DNA of 64,000 nucleotides from positions 8,494,001-8,558,000 of the forward strand of contig OZ024756.1 in assembly GCA_964016885.1 (NCBI GenBank). The letters run 5' to 3'. This document shows positions 45,189 through 57,489 of the stretch, piece by piece. The notes under the pieces were generated by a model, which saw only the letters and a list, made by a program, of their open reading frames with translations, searched no databases and had not been told where the DNA came from. Source of the stretch: Eledone cirrhosa (taxonomy: Eukaryota). The position numbers were made by a program, and so were the translations under genes. The first letter of the stretch is position 1; the number at the start of each line of letters is the position of its first letter.

Positions 45189-46221
45189 TCATCATCATCG
45201 TTTAACGTCCATATTCCATGCTTGCATGGGTTTGGAAGGGAGTTTTCCCACTTGAGGCAAGAGTGGTTGTCTTGCTCGCATAGGACTGTCTGGCGGGTTT
45301 TCTACAGCTGGATGCCCTTCCTAACACAAACCACATTTACAGTGTGGGACTGGGAGGTTTTTACCGTGTTGCCTACACGGCCACATTACAGCGTGGAAAG
45401 TGTGTTTTTTTGTCGTGACACCTACACGATCTCATTTGTTTCGGCCTGGATGTTGTGGCACCAACATAACTTTACATTGAAAGGGGTGGGGGTGGTGGGA
45501 CGGGGGTGTATTTTGTTAGAGATGCCTACTGACTGTAGTAGGTTTTACTTTGTATTTAGGTAAGGCTGGATGCCCTTCCTAACACAAACCACGTTTACAG
45601 TGTGGACTGGGAGGTTTTTACCGTGTTACCTACACGGCCACATTACAGCGTGGACTGTGTGTTTGATGTCGTGACACCTACATGACCTCATTTGTTTCGG
45701 GCTGGATGTTGTGGTACCAACATAACTTCACATTTAAGGGGGTGGTGTGGATGGGGTGGGGGTAGTGGGATGGGGGTGTATTTTTGTTAGAGGTGCCTAC
45801 TGACTAGTAGGTTTCACTTTGTACTTAGTTAAGGCGGGTCTTCTGTATTACTGTGTAGCGCCAAAGATCTCGGTCCAGTGACATTGTCTTGGAGAGGTGT
45901 AAGTGTGTGAGGTCGGAATTTATCAAGTCGTCCCAGGTTTTTCTGGGTCTGCCTACTCCTTGGCTACCGTCTATCTTTATTGCTCTGCACTTTGTTATAC
46001 AGCTGTCGTCTTTCATGTGCATCACGGGACCGTACCAACGTAGTCTTCTCTCGAGTAAACATCTGATCCTTCTTATTTCTAATTTCTCCCTTAGTTCGTT
46101 TATGCTTTGCCGTTCATGTATATTACTATTACACATCCAGCGGAGCATGCAAGCTTCGTTCCTCTGCACACAATGCCCAGGTCTCACTGCCATGCAACAT
46201 TGCTGTTCGTATGCAGGCATC

Positions 46222-46222
<1 letters not shown>
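45189..46222 (-). mobile_element. RTE family C 3' end with doubled 3' UTR
   Basis: 45189-45563 matches 42435-42815. A second partial UTR plus ORF end occupies 45564-46222. Confidence 0.85.
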
Positions 46223-46301
<79 letters not shown>

Positions 46302-46332
46302 TTGTGTGTATATATATGTGTGTGTGTATATA

Positions 46333-46363
<31 letters not shown>

Positions 46364-46478
46364 GTGTGTGTGTATATATATATATATGTGTGTATATATA
46401 TACATATATATGTGTGTATATATATATGTGTGTGTGCGTATATATGTGTGTGCGTATATATATGTGTGTGTGTATATA

Positions 46479-46509
<31 letters not shown>

Positions 46510-47028
46510 GTGTGTGTGTATATATATATATGTGTGTGTATATATATATATATGTGTGTATATATATATGTGTGTGTGTATATATATATATATATATGTG
46601 TGTGTATATATATATATATATATGTGTGTGTGTATATATATATATGTGTGTGTATATATATATATATATGTGTGTGTATATATATATATATGTGTGTGTG
46701 TGTGTATATATATATATATGTGTATATATATGTGTGTATATATATATGTGTGTATATATATATGTGTGTGTGTGTGTATATATATATGTGTGTGTGTATA
46801 TATATATATGTGTGTGTGTGTATATATATATATGTGTGTGTGTGTATATATATATATGTGTGTGTGTGTATATATATATATGTGTGTGTGTGTATATATG
46901 TGTGTGTGTATATATATATGTGTGTGTGTGTGTGTATATATATATGTGTGTGTGTGTGTATATATGTGTGTGTGTGTATATATATATGTGTGTGTGTATA
47001 TATATATGTGTGTGTGTGTATATATATA

Positions 47029-47073
<45 letters not shown>

Positions 47074-47822
47074 ATATATATATATGTGTGTGTGTGTGTA
47101 TATATATATATGTGTGTGTGTGTGTATATATATATGTGTGTGTGTGTGTATATATATATGTGTGTGTGTGTATATATATATGTGTGTGTGTGTGTGTATA
47201 TATATATGTGTGTGTGTGTATATATATATGTGTGTGTGTGTATATATATATGTGTGTGTGTATATATATATATGTGTGTATATATATGTGTGTGTGTGTA
47301 TATATATGTGTGTGTGTGTATATATATGTGTGTGTGTGTATATATATATGTGTGTGTGTATATATATGTGTGTGTGTGTATATATATGTGTGTGTGTGTA
47401 TATATATGTGTGTGTGTGTATATATATGTATGTGTGTGTATATATATATGTGTGTGTGTGTATATATATGTGTGTGTGTGTATATATGTGTGTTTATATA
47501 TATATGTATGTGTGTATATATGTGTTTATATATATATGTGTGTGTGTGTGTGTATATATATATATGTGTGTGTGTATATATATATGTGTGTGTGTGTATA
47601 TATATATGTGTGTATATGTGTGTGTATATGTGTGTGTGTATATGTGTGTGTATATATGTGTGTGTATATATATGTGTATATATGTGTGTGTATATATATG
47701 TGTATATATGTGTGTGTGTATATATATGTGTGTATATATGTGTGGTGTGTGAGTGTATGTGTGTGTGTATATATTTGTGTGTATATATATGTGTGTATAT
47801 ATATGTGTGTGAGTGTGTATAT
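46223..47822. repeat. (TA)n(TG)n compound microsatellite
   Basis: Direct inspection. Confidence 0.95.
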
Positions 47823-48560
47823 ATATATGTATGTGAGTTACGGCCTTTGCCATTCTGAGTTCAAATCCCGCCAATGTTAACTTTGCTTTTCATCCTTACG
47901 GGGTCGATAAAATAAAGTACCAGTAATGCATTCGGGTAATTGCTGGCCTTGTGCCAAAGGTAAAAACAATTATTAGTTCAACCCATTACTCCCCCACTTC
48001 CTACACTGAACTTGCTGAGCATGCGCAGTTAGAAGGAAGTATGTAGTGCTTTTCCTTTGTAAAACCACTTTGTTTTCTCTCTACCTATCGATTTCTTTCT
48101 TTCATATATAAATAGATCTTTGGAAGTATTGCATATATTGTGTATATACACACATTATAAAGACTCGTCTAAACGTAAGTTGTTTATTTAATATCCCCCA
48201 ACCCCTACAAAAGAAATTATTTTATATGTCGTAATTTCATAATTATCTCGCGCGCACATGCAGATGTTTTTTTAAATATCAAAATATTGTTGTTTTCTTA
48301 ATTTTTGTTATTGTTGAAACCTGGACAGTTTATTCTATGTTCAAAACATTTTGTGAAGAGAAAGAAAAAATCGCAAAAAGTCATATTAAAAGAAACTTAT
48401 ATTTTGAAACGAGTTGGAAATAGTTTTAAAATGGGGAAAAAAATGTAATCTCCGATGTTAAAAACACAAATGAGAAGAAACTTTCGAGTAAAAACACTTA
48501 AATATTATAGAGGAAATGTTTATTCCGTTATTTATAAGTTTGCATCCGTCACTATGAGTT
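47823..48560 (+). repeat. ~750-bp segmental duplicate (copy 2)
   Basis: Near-identical to 24893-25651, lacking a ~24-bp block. Confidence 0.92.
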
Positions 48561-48567
48561 ATATATA

Positions 48568-49787
48568 TCATCATCATCATCGTCATTTTACGTCCGCTCT
48601 TCCCTGCTTGCAAGGGTGGGAAGGGTCTTATTCAGCACAGTATCTCTCCACTTTTCACGGTCCCCCGTCATCTCCACCGTGAGCTTCAGCGATCTGAGGT
48701 CTGTTCTCACCACCTTCACCCATGTTTTTTGTGGTCTGCCTCTACCACGTCTTCCTTCAACTGGCATTTCCTGGCACTTCTTCACCCATCGGTCATTCTC
48801 CATACCACCTCACTCTATTCTCCCGTACACTACATTCTATCCCTCTCGGGCACAATTTATCTCTCAACACATTCATGCTGGGTCGTTCACGCACATTGAC
48901 ATTGCACATCCAACAGAGCATGCTTGCCTCATTTCTCTCCAGCCGTCGCATATCCTCTGCAGTTGCTGCTCATGTCTCACTACCATGCAGCATCCCGCTC
49001 CTCACACAGGCATCATATAACCGGCCTTTCGTACGCAGGGAGAAACCTTTCTTCTTCAGCAGAGGAAGCAGCTCCCTAAACTTCTTCCAACCCGTTCTTA
49101 TTCTAGATACTATGGCCTCTGAACACCCCCCTCCCATGCTAATCTGATCTCCTAGGTACTGGAAGCTCTCAACCACTTCTATAGCACCACCTGCATTTGA
49201 AAAATGTGCCTATCAATGCGACTTCTACTGTCTAATTTCCCTGTACATCTACTGCATACATATTTCTCCCTACCTGTTAGTTTGCCTGCTATCCTGCTAC
49301 ATCTCTTGTGTACCCATTGTGTGCATTTTATAGAATTTATGCCATTTCCCTGGCGAAATCAGTTTTGTCATCTTAGCTAGGTTCGCTCTCAGTCGTCCTC
49401 TTGCTTCCAACTGCTGTTTCCATAGCCAGAATTTATTCTCTAGCTCCTCTACTGATTCTGCTATAAGAACCAGATCGTCAGCATAGAGAAGTTCCCATGG
49501 ACAGCCAGTCTTAAACTCCTCTGTTATGGCTTGGAGGACTATAATGAACAAGAGCGGGCTGAGGGCCGAACCTTGATGTACTCCTACTTGCATCTGGAAT
49601 TCCTCACTAAACTCCATTCCTACCCTGACTTTACTGACAGTACCTCTGTACAAAGTTTGCACTGTCCTCACAAGCCATTCCTCAACACCTAGTTTCCTTA
49701 GGGACCACCAGATGACTGATCGGAGTACCCTATCAAAGGCCATCTCCAGGTCAACAAAGGCTAAGTATAGTGGCTTATTTTTCTCTA
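48568..49787 (-). mobile_element. RTE family A, degenerate
   Basis: Reverse complement of ~26413-27700. Confidence 0.9.
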
Positions 49788-49807
49788 ATATATATATATA
49801 TATGTGT

Positions 49808-51295
49808 CATCATAGTTTAACGTCCATTTTCCACGCGAGCATGGGTCTGGACGGGAATTGTCCCACTTAAGGCAAGATTGGTTGTCTTGCTCAGGACTGT
49901 CTGGCGGGTTTTCTACGGCTGGATGCCCTTCCTAACACCAACCATGTTTACAGTGTGGACTGGGAGGTTTTTACCGTGTTACCAACACGGCCACATTACA
50001 GCGTGGACTGTGTTTTTTTCTCGTGACACCTATACGACCTCATTTATTTAGGACTGGATGTTGTGGTACCAACATAGCTTTACATCGTAAGGGGTGGTGT
50101 AGATGGGGGTAGGGTAGGGGTAGTGGGGCTGGGGTGTATTTTGGTTAAGAGGTGCCTACTGACTGTAGGGTTCGCTTTGTACTTAGGCAAGGCGGGTATT
50201 CTGTATTATTACGTAGCGCCAAAGATCTCGGTTCAGTGACATTGTATTAGAGAGGTGTAAGTGTGTGAGGTCGGATTTTATCAAGTCGTCCCAGGTTTTC
50301 TGGGTCTGCTTACTCCGTAGCTACCGTCTATTTTGATCACCCTGCACTTTTTTATACAGCTGTCATCTTTCATGCGCATCACGTGACCATACCAACGTAG
50401 TCTTCTCTCGAGTAAACAGCATCTGATCCCTCTCATTCCTAATTTCTCACTTAGTTCATTTATGCTTTGCCGTTCGCGTATATTACTATTACACATCCAA
50501 CGGAGCATGCAAGCTTCGTTCCTCTCCAGTCTGCATAGATCCTCTGCACACAAGGCCCATGTCTCACTGCCATGTAACATCACTGTTCGTATGCAGGCAT
50601 TATACAGCCTGCCTTTTATTTTTAGAGAGAAACCTTTAGCGGCCAATAGTGGTATAAGCTCTCTGAACTTTCTCTATCCCGTTCGGACTCTAGCTACAGT
50701 ACTTTCGGAGCACCCTCCACCACTGCTGATTTTGTCACCCAGGTAACGGAAAGTGTCCACTATTTCTATAGAACCATCTGTGCAATGGAATGAGTTAGTA
50801 TTCTGTTGGCATTTGCTGCTACTTATTGCACCAGAGCACTGGCCACATATAAAATCTATATTCTTAGTTAGCTTACCTGTGATCCCACTACATCTTTTAT
50901 GCAGCCATACTTTGCATTTGGGACATAAAATGGAGTTTCTGCCTACTCCTTTCCTACACACTGAGCATGGCCATTTCCCAGATGGGACCAGTGCCCTATT
51001 CTCCTTCCTACATATTAGGACTTTAGTCTTAGACAAGTTAACTTTAAGACCTTTTGATTCTAGGCCATACTTCCATGTTTGGAATTTCTTCTCTAGTTCA
51101 GCCATTGATTCGGCTATGAGCGTTAGATCATCTGCGTATAGGAGTTCCCATGGGCAGCCGGTCTTTATAGCCTGAAGAGCTAATAAATAGGAGGGACCTA
51201 AGGACGGAGCCCTGAGAAACGCCAACTTTTACGCTAAACTCTTCACTATATTCGTTGTTAATTCTAACCTTGCTGACTGCTTCTTTATACATGGC
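49808..51295 (-). mobile_element. RTE family C, degenerate
   Basis: ORFs 50281-50646 and 50674-51225 (LYADD). Confidence 0.9.
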
Positions 51296-51364
51296 GTGTG
51301 TGTATATATATATATGTGTGTGTGTGTGTGTATATATATATGTGTGAGTGTATGTATATATATA

Positions 51365-51628
51365 TGGCTTTGTGCAGTGCCTTTGCTCACTAGAAAAGCT
51401 TCACGGCACAGGCATTGTTTTATATCTGGAGATCTTTCTGCACTTGTCGTCACATGGTACCATGGGCCCAGCACTGTCAATAATTGTCACAAGTGTAGTG
51501 TTTGTACCAGAGTTTTCAAGTCGCTGGCTGGACTGAAATGTCACACTCGTTCAGTGCATCGGTAGGGGTTCTCCTACATGGATATAAAGTAGTGGCCGTA
51601 CTCGAAAACGAGTTGGCAGCCACCACCA
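51365..51628 (+). repeat. Partial third copy of the 360-bp island
   Basis: Matches 31876-32141. Confidence 0.85.
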
Positions 51629-51638
51629 TATATATATT

Positions 51639-52230
51639 ACGTGCAGAGGACCTGCGCAGACTGGAAAGGAACGAGGCATGCATGCTCCGTTGGATGTGTA
51701 ATAGTAATATACGTGAACGGCAAAGCATAAATGAACTAAGTGAGAAATTAGGAATAAGAGGGATCAGATGCTGTTTACTTGAGAGAAGACTACATTGGTA
51801 CGGTCCCGTGATGCGCATGAAAGACGACAGCTGTATAAAAAAGTGCAGGGCGATCAAAATTGATGGTAGTTATGGAGTAGGTAGACCCAGAAAAACCTGG
51901 GACGATCTGATAAACTCCGACCTTACACACTTACACCTCTCTAAGACAATGTCACTGGACCGAGATCTTTGGCGCTACGCAGTAATACAAAAGACCCGCC
52001 TTGCTTATGTACAAAGCGAAACCTACAGTCAGTAGGCACCTCTTAACCAAATATACACCCCAATCCACTACCCCTACCATATCCTCCCACCAACACCACC
52101 CTCTCTCTGTAAAGTTGGTTCCACAACATCCAGTCCCAATAAATGAGATAATGAGATCAAGATCGTGTAGGTGTCACGAGAAAAAAACACAGTCCACGCT
52201 GTAATGTGGCTGTGTAGGTAACACGGTAAA
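51639..52230 (+). mobile_element. RTE family C 3' part
   Basis: [19 protein letters not shown]...KTRLA, followed by a partial UTR. Confidence 0.88.
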
Positions 52231-52239
52231 AAGTATATT

Positions 52240-52392
52240 TGTTTCAGCTCTTTACATTGTGTTCCCGCCGAAGTCAACTTGACTTTCATCCTCCCTGGGA
52301 GCTCGATAAAATAAAGTATCTGTAAAGTATTGCAGTCGATAAAAATCGATTTTTCCCATCCCCTGAAAGATTGTTGGCCTTTTACTTAAATT
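52240..52392 (+). mobile_element. Degenerate S1 SINE
   Basis: cccgccgaagtcaacttgactttcatcc...cgataaaataaagta. Confidence 0.65.
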
Positions 52393-52394
52393 AT

Positions 52395-52610
52395 ATGTCC
52401 CGGATTCAATCGGAGGTAGCCACAGTAAGGTACTCAATACATTAGAATAGTATTTACAACAAAATTGCTTCTACAGGACTAGAACTGTTTCATTCAAAGG
52501 AAATCATCAGAAAAAACCCGATTATTTTTTTTTTCCTGGTGATTTCCTTCTAATGAAACAGTTCCAGTCCTGTAGAAGCTATTTCTATATTAAATTTTAT
52601 TTGAATATAA
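52395..52610. ncRNA. Minimal inverted pair of hammerheads (same family as 40198-42039)
   Basis: Minus HHR 52469-52513 (CUGAUGA) and plus HHR 52533-52577 (CUGGUGA). The left extension matches 40203-40260. Confidence 0.8.
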
Positions 52611-53177
52611 TTATAGGTATTGTATGAAAATGGATACATGTAAAGATTAGAAAACATTTCTACACTACAAATAAGTATTGTTGATGGCCAACACGTGAGG
52701 TAGTACAGTTGTTGGTTGTGGCTTTTGTTAGGCTTTTAGCTGAATAGTTATATTGCTGTTATTAATATTACATGTTATTTTTATACAGAAAACAACCACT
52801 GTGCCGTCATTAATGTTTTCTTTGTATCACTCCCCCGGACAGTGATCATTGTGTCAATGTAAATATCGACCCTTTGTAGTTAATAAAGAAACTGTTGCGC
52901 CTGTAAATTGGAAGAGGACAGTAAGGGGGGGTGGGGGGCTCTTTCTCCAGCAGGGACCCACAGGGGTCTCCTCCCCTATTTGGGAAATGTTTGAATTTTT
53001 AAAAGTTTATTTTTGTTTTACACACAAAGAACCCCCACTGTATTGTACTGTACCGTCTCTATTGTTTGCTTAATGTCGGCTCTCTGTAGTTAATAAACCA
53101 TTATTGTTATTATTTAGTCAGCTCCCCTCCCTCCCTCTAAAATTGTTGTCCTTGTGCTTCAATCAGGAACCGTTATC

Positions 53178-53310
53178 GGTGGATTGGCAGAATCGGTAGA
53201 GCGTCGGACATGTTTTGCAGTTCCTTACGTTCTGAGTTTCATCCTTACGAGGTCGATAAAATAAAGTAATGAGGTCAATTAAGTCGACTCTCCCCTCCCC
53301 CAAAGTTGTA
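53178..53310 (+). mobile_element. Degenerate S1 SINE
   Basis: ggtggattggcagaatcggtagagcgtcggac...catccttacgaggtcgataaaataaagt. Confidence 0.7.
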
Positions 53311-53485
53311 GTACTAAGATCGAGATATGGCCTAGAGATAGCAGTAATTCTCCAGTTAATATAATGTTTTTGCTGCGGGTGACTATAATATCTTGTTGAG
53401 GCTAACGGCTTTCATTTGCCGCCAGTTTCTTATCTTCTCCCATAATTTGGCAACACTAACATTGAATTATAGAACTTATATATAA

Positions 53486-55855
53486 GAAAAAGTATGACCC
53501 CGACGGCAGAGCTCAAGCTGTTTCGACAGCTATTTCTGGACTAAATTTTTAGCCTGGTAAATAAATAGCCGAACTTGTCAAGGGCTACTTCCTTATATGG
53601 GAAGATTGTAGTTGTCAAGAGGATTGGTCAAAATTTGTTGTAAACACAAATAAGTCTGCCATGGCATTTGGTGGGGAGGTAGGGGTGGCTGAACTTGCCT
53701 GTAGAACAATGAGGGCGTGAGTGGAGCCGGTTAAGCGTTGAAAGTGAAATCTATACAGCAGATTCTAAGGATAGTGTATGAAAAGTTGAAAAATTGTTCT
53801 GGAGAAAATGGAGAATAGGTAAGTCAAATGAGAGTAGGGGACAATAAAAAATAATAGAAAGAAATATAAAAAAATATATATAAAATTAGATAGTGAGAAA
53901 GGAATTTTAAAAAAACCTGGTTAAAAACATCTCCCTCCGCATATCTCGTTTGTCCGCTCATGAGCAGATATTCGACGAACATGCCCCTCATTACAACCAG
54001 GCCCTCAAACGGAGTGGCTTCCGGGAGGAAATATCCTTTTATCCAGCTTCCCTTAGCGGAACCAACAGGCGACACCGCCTCTCACGCAACGTAACGTGGT
54101 TCAATCCTCCCCACAATGCCGAGGTGGCAACACCTATCGGGAAAATCTTTTAGACTCCTCGAAAAACACTTCCCACTACAACACCGCTACCACAACATAA
54201 TCAACAAAAAACACTGTCAAACTCTCCTACAGCACCACACCTAACTTTGCACAAAACATTGTCTCCTCAAACAACAAAAAACTCAACCCCTATGGAAGAA
54301 ACAACCTAGACATCAGTGGAGAGCCGACCAGGAGGTGTAACTGCCCTGATAGATCTACGTGCCCCCCCTCAACAACAAAGGCAGAGAACGTAACGTGATC
54401 TACCAGTGCAACGTGAGGACGGACACCTCCAACAAAGCTTATATAGGATTAACCGCTTGTGACTTTATGACCCGGCTCTACCAACACCAACATACTTTCC
54501 AAAACCCGGTCCGGCGACATGCCACTACACTTTCGGGCCACATCTAGGTCCTCCAAGATAATATAACCTACAATCTCACTTGGAGCTTACTGTCCAGAGC
54601 TAACTCTTACACGGGAGGATGCCGTCCGTTTAACTTATGCTCAGAGGAAACATTACAAATGCTGTTTTCGAAGGACCAACTCCTAAACAAGAAAGACGAA
54701 CTGGTAACTGCATGCAAACAGATTGTGTAGGACTTACTTCGCCCTCAAACCCCATAACGACCCGGGTGGGTAGACAAGGGCTGATACCCCCCACTTGCCG
54801 AATAAGTTAGGGTAAACCCCAGCTTACAGAGGTAGATGTACCTCTTTTCTTTTCCTCTATGTTGTCTTCTTCCCCGTGTCCTATTACTTTTTTCCACCCC
54901 CCGATCTTCTTCCTCGTCTGCTTTTCCCCTTCCGCCTACCCCGATGCAGCCCATCGGGCCTCTAGCCTGAGTACCTCCACCCCTGTAATTTTAAGATAGA
55001 ATTGGCCGATTACGCTTTACTAACTATTTATAGCAGATGTGTTAGACCCCTGTAATTTTGTATCATTTTTGTTACTACTCCAATTCTATAATTTTTTATT
55101 TAGTATTTTCTTTTCTCAACTTATTAACCTGTAATTGTAAGATAGCATTGGCGGAATACGCTTTACTATTTATAGCAGCTGTGTTAAACCCCTGAAAAGT
55201 TTGCATTATATTTTTTCACTACCCACTTCTACAATTTCTTATTTAGTATTTTCCATTCTCAACTTATTAACCTTTTCTATAGCTTTGGCCGTACAAGCAA
55301 CACCTACTAATTATAGCAGCTGTCTCTAGACTCTACTGTTTTTTTTGTTTTTTTTGTTTTTTTTATTCATTTCTCACTATCTAATTTTATATATTTTTTT
55401 ATATTTCTTTCTATTATTTTTTATTGTCCCCCTACTCTCATTTGACTTACCTATTCTGTAACTTCCCTCCTCCATTTTCTCTAGAACAAATTTTCGACTT
55501 TTCATACACTACCCTTAGAATCTGCTGTATAGTTTTCACTTTCAACGCTCGACCGGCTCCACAGCCACCCCTACCTCCCACCAAATGCCATGACAGACTT
55601 ATTTGTGTTTACAACAAATTTTGACCAATCCTCTTGACAACTTCAATCTTCCCATATAAGGAAGTAGCCCTTGACAAGTTTGGCTATTTATTTACCAGGC
55701 TAAAAATTTTAATTTAGTCCAGAAATAGCCGTCGAAACAGCTTGAGCTCTGCCGTCGGGGTCATACTTTTTCCTATTACCCACTCTACTACCCTAAGTAT
55801 TGACTACTCTGGTGTGTTATGGTCCATCTGGTTCCTTACCACATTTCCTTCGTTA
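53486..55855 (+). mobile_element. Second PLE family: degenerate GIY-YIG region with inverted pLTR
   Basis: Remnants YNQALKRSG, VTWFNPP, CNC..CP, VIYQC..YIGLT..RLYQH and LLNK in 53936-54745. Arms 53486-53915 / 55356-55772, with TA ends. Confidence 0.88.
55661..55768 (+). ncRNA. Variant or degenerate hammerhead (core UUGACAA)
   Basis: gccc-UUGACAA-g..ggcuauuu/aaauagcc..-GAAA-cagc...gccg-UC-gggg. The left arm has the same core. Confidence 0.55.
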
Positions 55856-55876
55856 TATATATATATATATATATAT

Positions 55877-56189
55877 TCATTTCATTTCATTTCATTTTAC
55901 GTCCACTTTTCCCTGCTTGCAAGGGTGGCACGGGAACTGATTCTGGCTTGATTTCTACAGCTGGATGCCCTTCCTAACACCAACCTCATTTACAGTGAGT
56001 GATGGGTGCTTTTTTGCCGTGTCACCTCCACGACCACTTTGCAGTGGAATGATAGGGACCCCAGTCCCTATCATCTCATTTCTACAGCTGAGTAAACTGG
56101 AGCAATGTGAACTCACCCGGTCTGAGAATTGAACTCACAACCTTTTGATTGCAAGGCCAATGCTCTAACCACTAAGCCATGTGCCTCCA
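55877..56189 (-). mobile_element. tRNA-derived SINE (family S2)
   Basis: Reverse complement of 56748-57083 with an internal deletion. Confidence 0.85.
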
Positions 56190-56207
56190 TATATATATAT
56201 ATATATA

Positions 56208-56710
56208 TGTTTTGCAAAGTTTTTGTACGAGATCGTGTGTTGAAACAAATATTGTGATATTTGGGGAGGGTCATATTGTTATAATATTGCCAGAAATAAT
56301 AATAAAACAAAGTGGCGTTTTATTATTTCTGGCAATATAAGAATATGACCCTCCCCAAATATATATATTTGTCCTCTGAAACAATGTAAACAAATATTTT
56401 TTTCAAGAATTTTGGTTGTTTATTCTCCAAATATATATATGTATATATATTAGGAGAATAAACAACCAAAATTCTTGAAAAAATATTTGTTTACATTGTT
56501 TCAGAGGACAAAATCACAATTTGATCCTTAAGAACGAGACTTATCAATATTTGAATCAATAGGCCTAGGTGATATTAAAATCGATATATTGTCGGACCTC
56601 AGCTTCAGAACGTAAAAAACAAAGTACACTGTCCTCTTCTCTACTGGCTTATAATTCTCACAAACTAATCTCTACTTCTTGAATGGATTGTACACTCACA
56701 TTTGAGAATT
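56208..56710. repeat. Two small fold-backs (56257-56361, 56368-56512) and a degenerate HHR
   Basis: The first shares gggagggtcat with the 3341-3900 family. Minus strand ~56478-56613 reads guu-CUGAAGC-ugagg...ccucu-GAAA-caaug-UA-aac. Confidence 0.6.
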
Positions 56711-56747
56711 ATATATATATATATTTATTATATATATATATACATAT

Positions 56748-57083
56748 GGAGGCACATGGCTTAGTGGTTAGAGCATTGGCCTTGCAATCGAAAGGTTGTG
56801 AGTTCAATTCTCAGACCGGGTGATGTGTTTTTTCCTTGAGCAAGATACTTTATTTCACATTGCTCCAGTTTACTCAGCTGTAGAAATGAGGACCCCAGCC
56901 CCTACCATTCCACTGCAAAGTGGTCGTGGAGGTGCCACGGCAAAAAAGCACCCAGCACTCACTGTAAATGAGGTTGGTGTTAAGAAGGGCATCCAGCTGT
57001 AGACGTCAAGCCAGAATCAGTTCCCACCCCACCCTTACAAGCAGGGAAAAAGCGGACGTAAAATGATGATGATGATGATGATG
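56748..57083 (+). mobile_element. Full-length tRNA-derived SINE (family S2) with RTE-A tail
   Basis: A box tggcttagtgg, B box agttcaattc, central cttgagcaag..ttgctccagt..cagctg, and 3' end cacccttacaagcagggaaaaagcggacgtaaaa(tga)n. Confidence 0.88.
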
Positions 57084-57489
57084 ATATTTATTATATATAT
57101 ATATATATATTTACATATATATATTACGTGTGTGTAAATGTATATAAATGCAGCATTCTAGGAAGTTGATAAAAATTTGAGGAATTTGTCTGCATTAATC
57201 ATTTTACGTCCATTTTATTCATACTGACATATTACAGAACAAGTCCCTTGTTATAGAACTTTATAGGGCTATTATTCTAGACGCAGGCCCTTGTCCAGGC
57301 TCGGGGTAGGGATGACTCGAGAACATTTTGGGTAGGTACTTTAATTCGCAATAATTTTAAGACGGAGTTTTGTGACAGGCATATCATACACAGTAAATTT
57401 TGCTAAATCTAAGGGTACACAATTGAAAAATAAAAGTGGCAGTGCCATTCAGTGCCTCTTCCACTCCCGGCGATGGTACTCCCCTAGAT

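Noticed and set aside
56748-56820. tRNA gene (GCA anticodon-like loop)
   Set aside because: The acceptor stem does not pair properly and the sequence continues into a SINE body and tail, so it is a SINE head.
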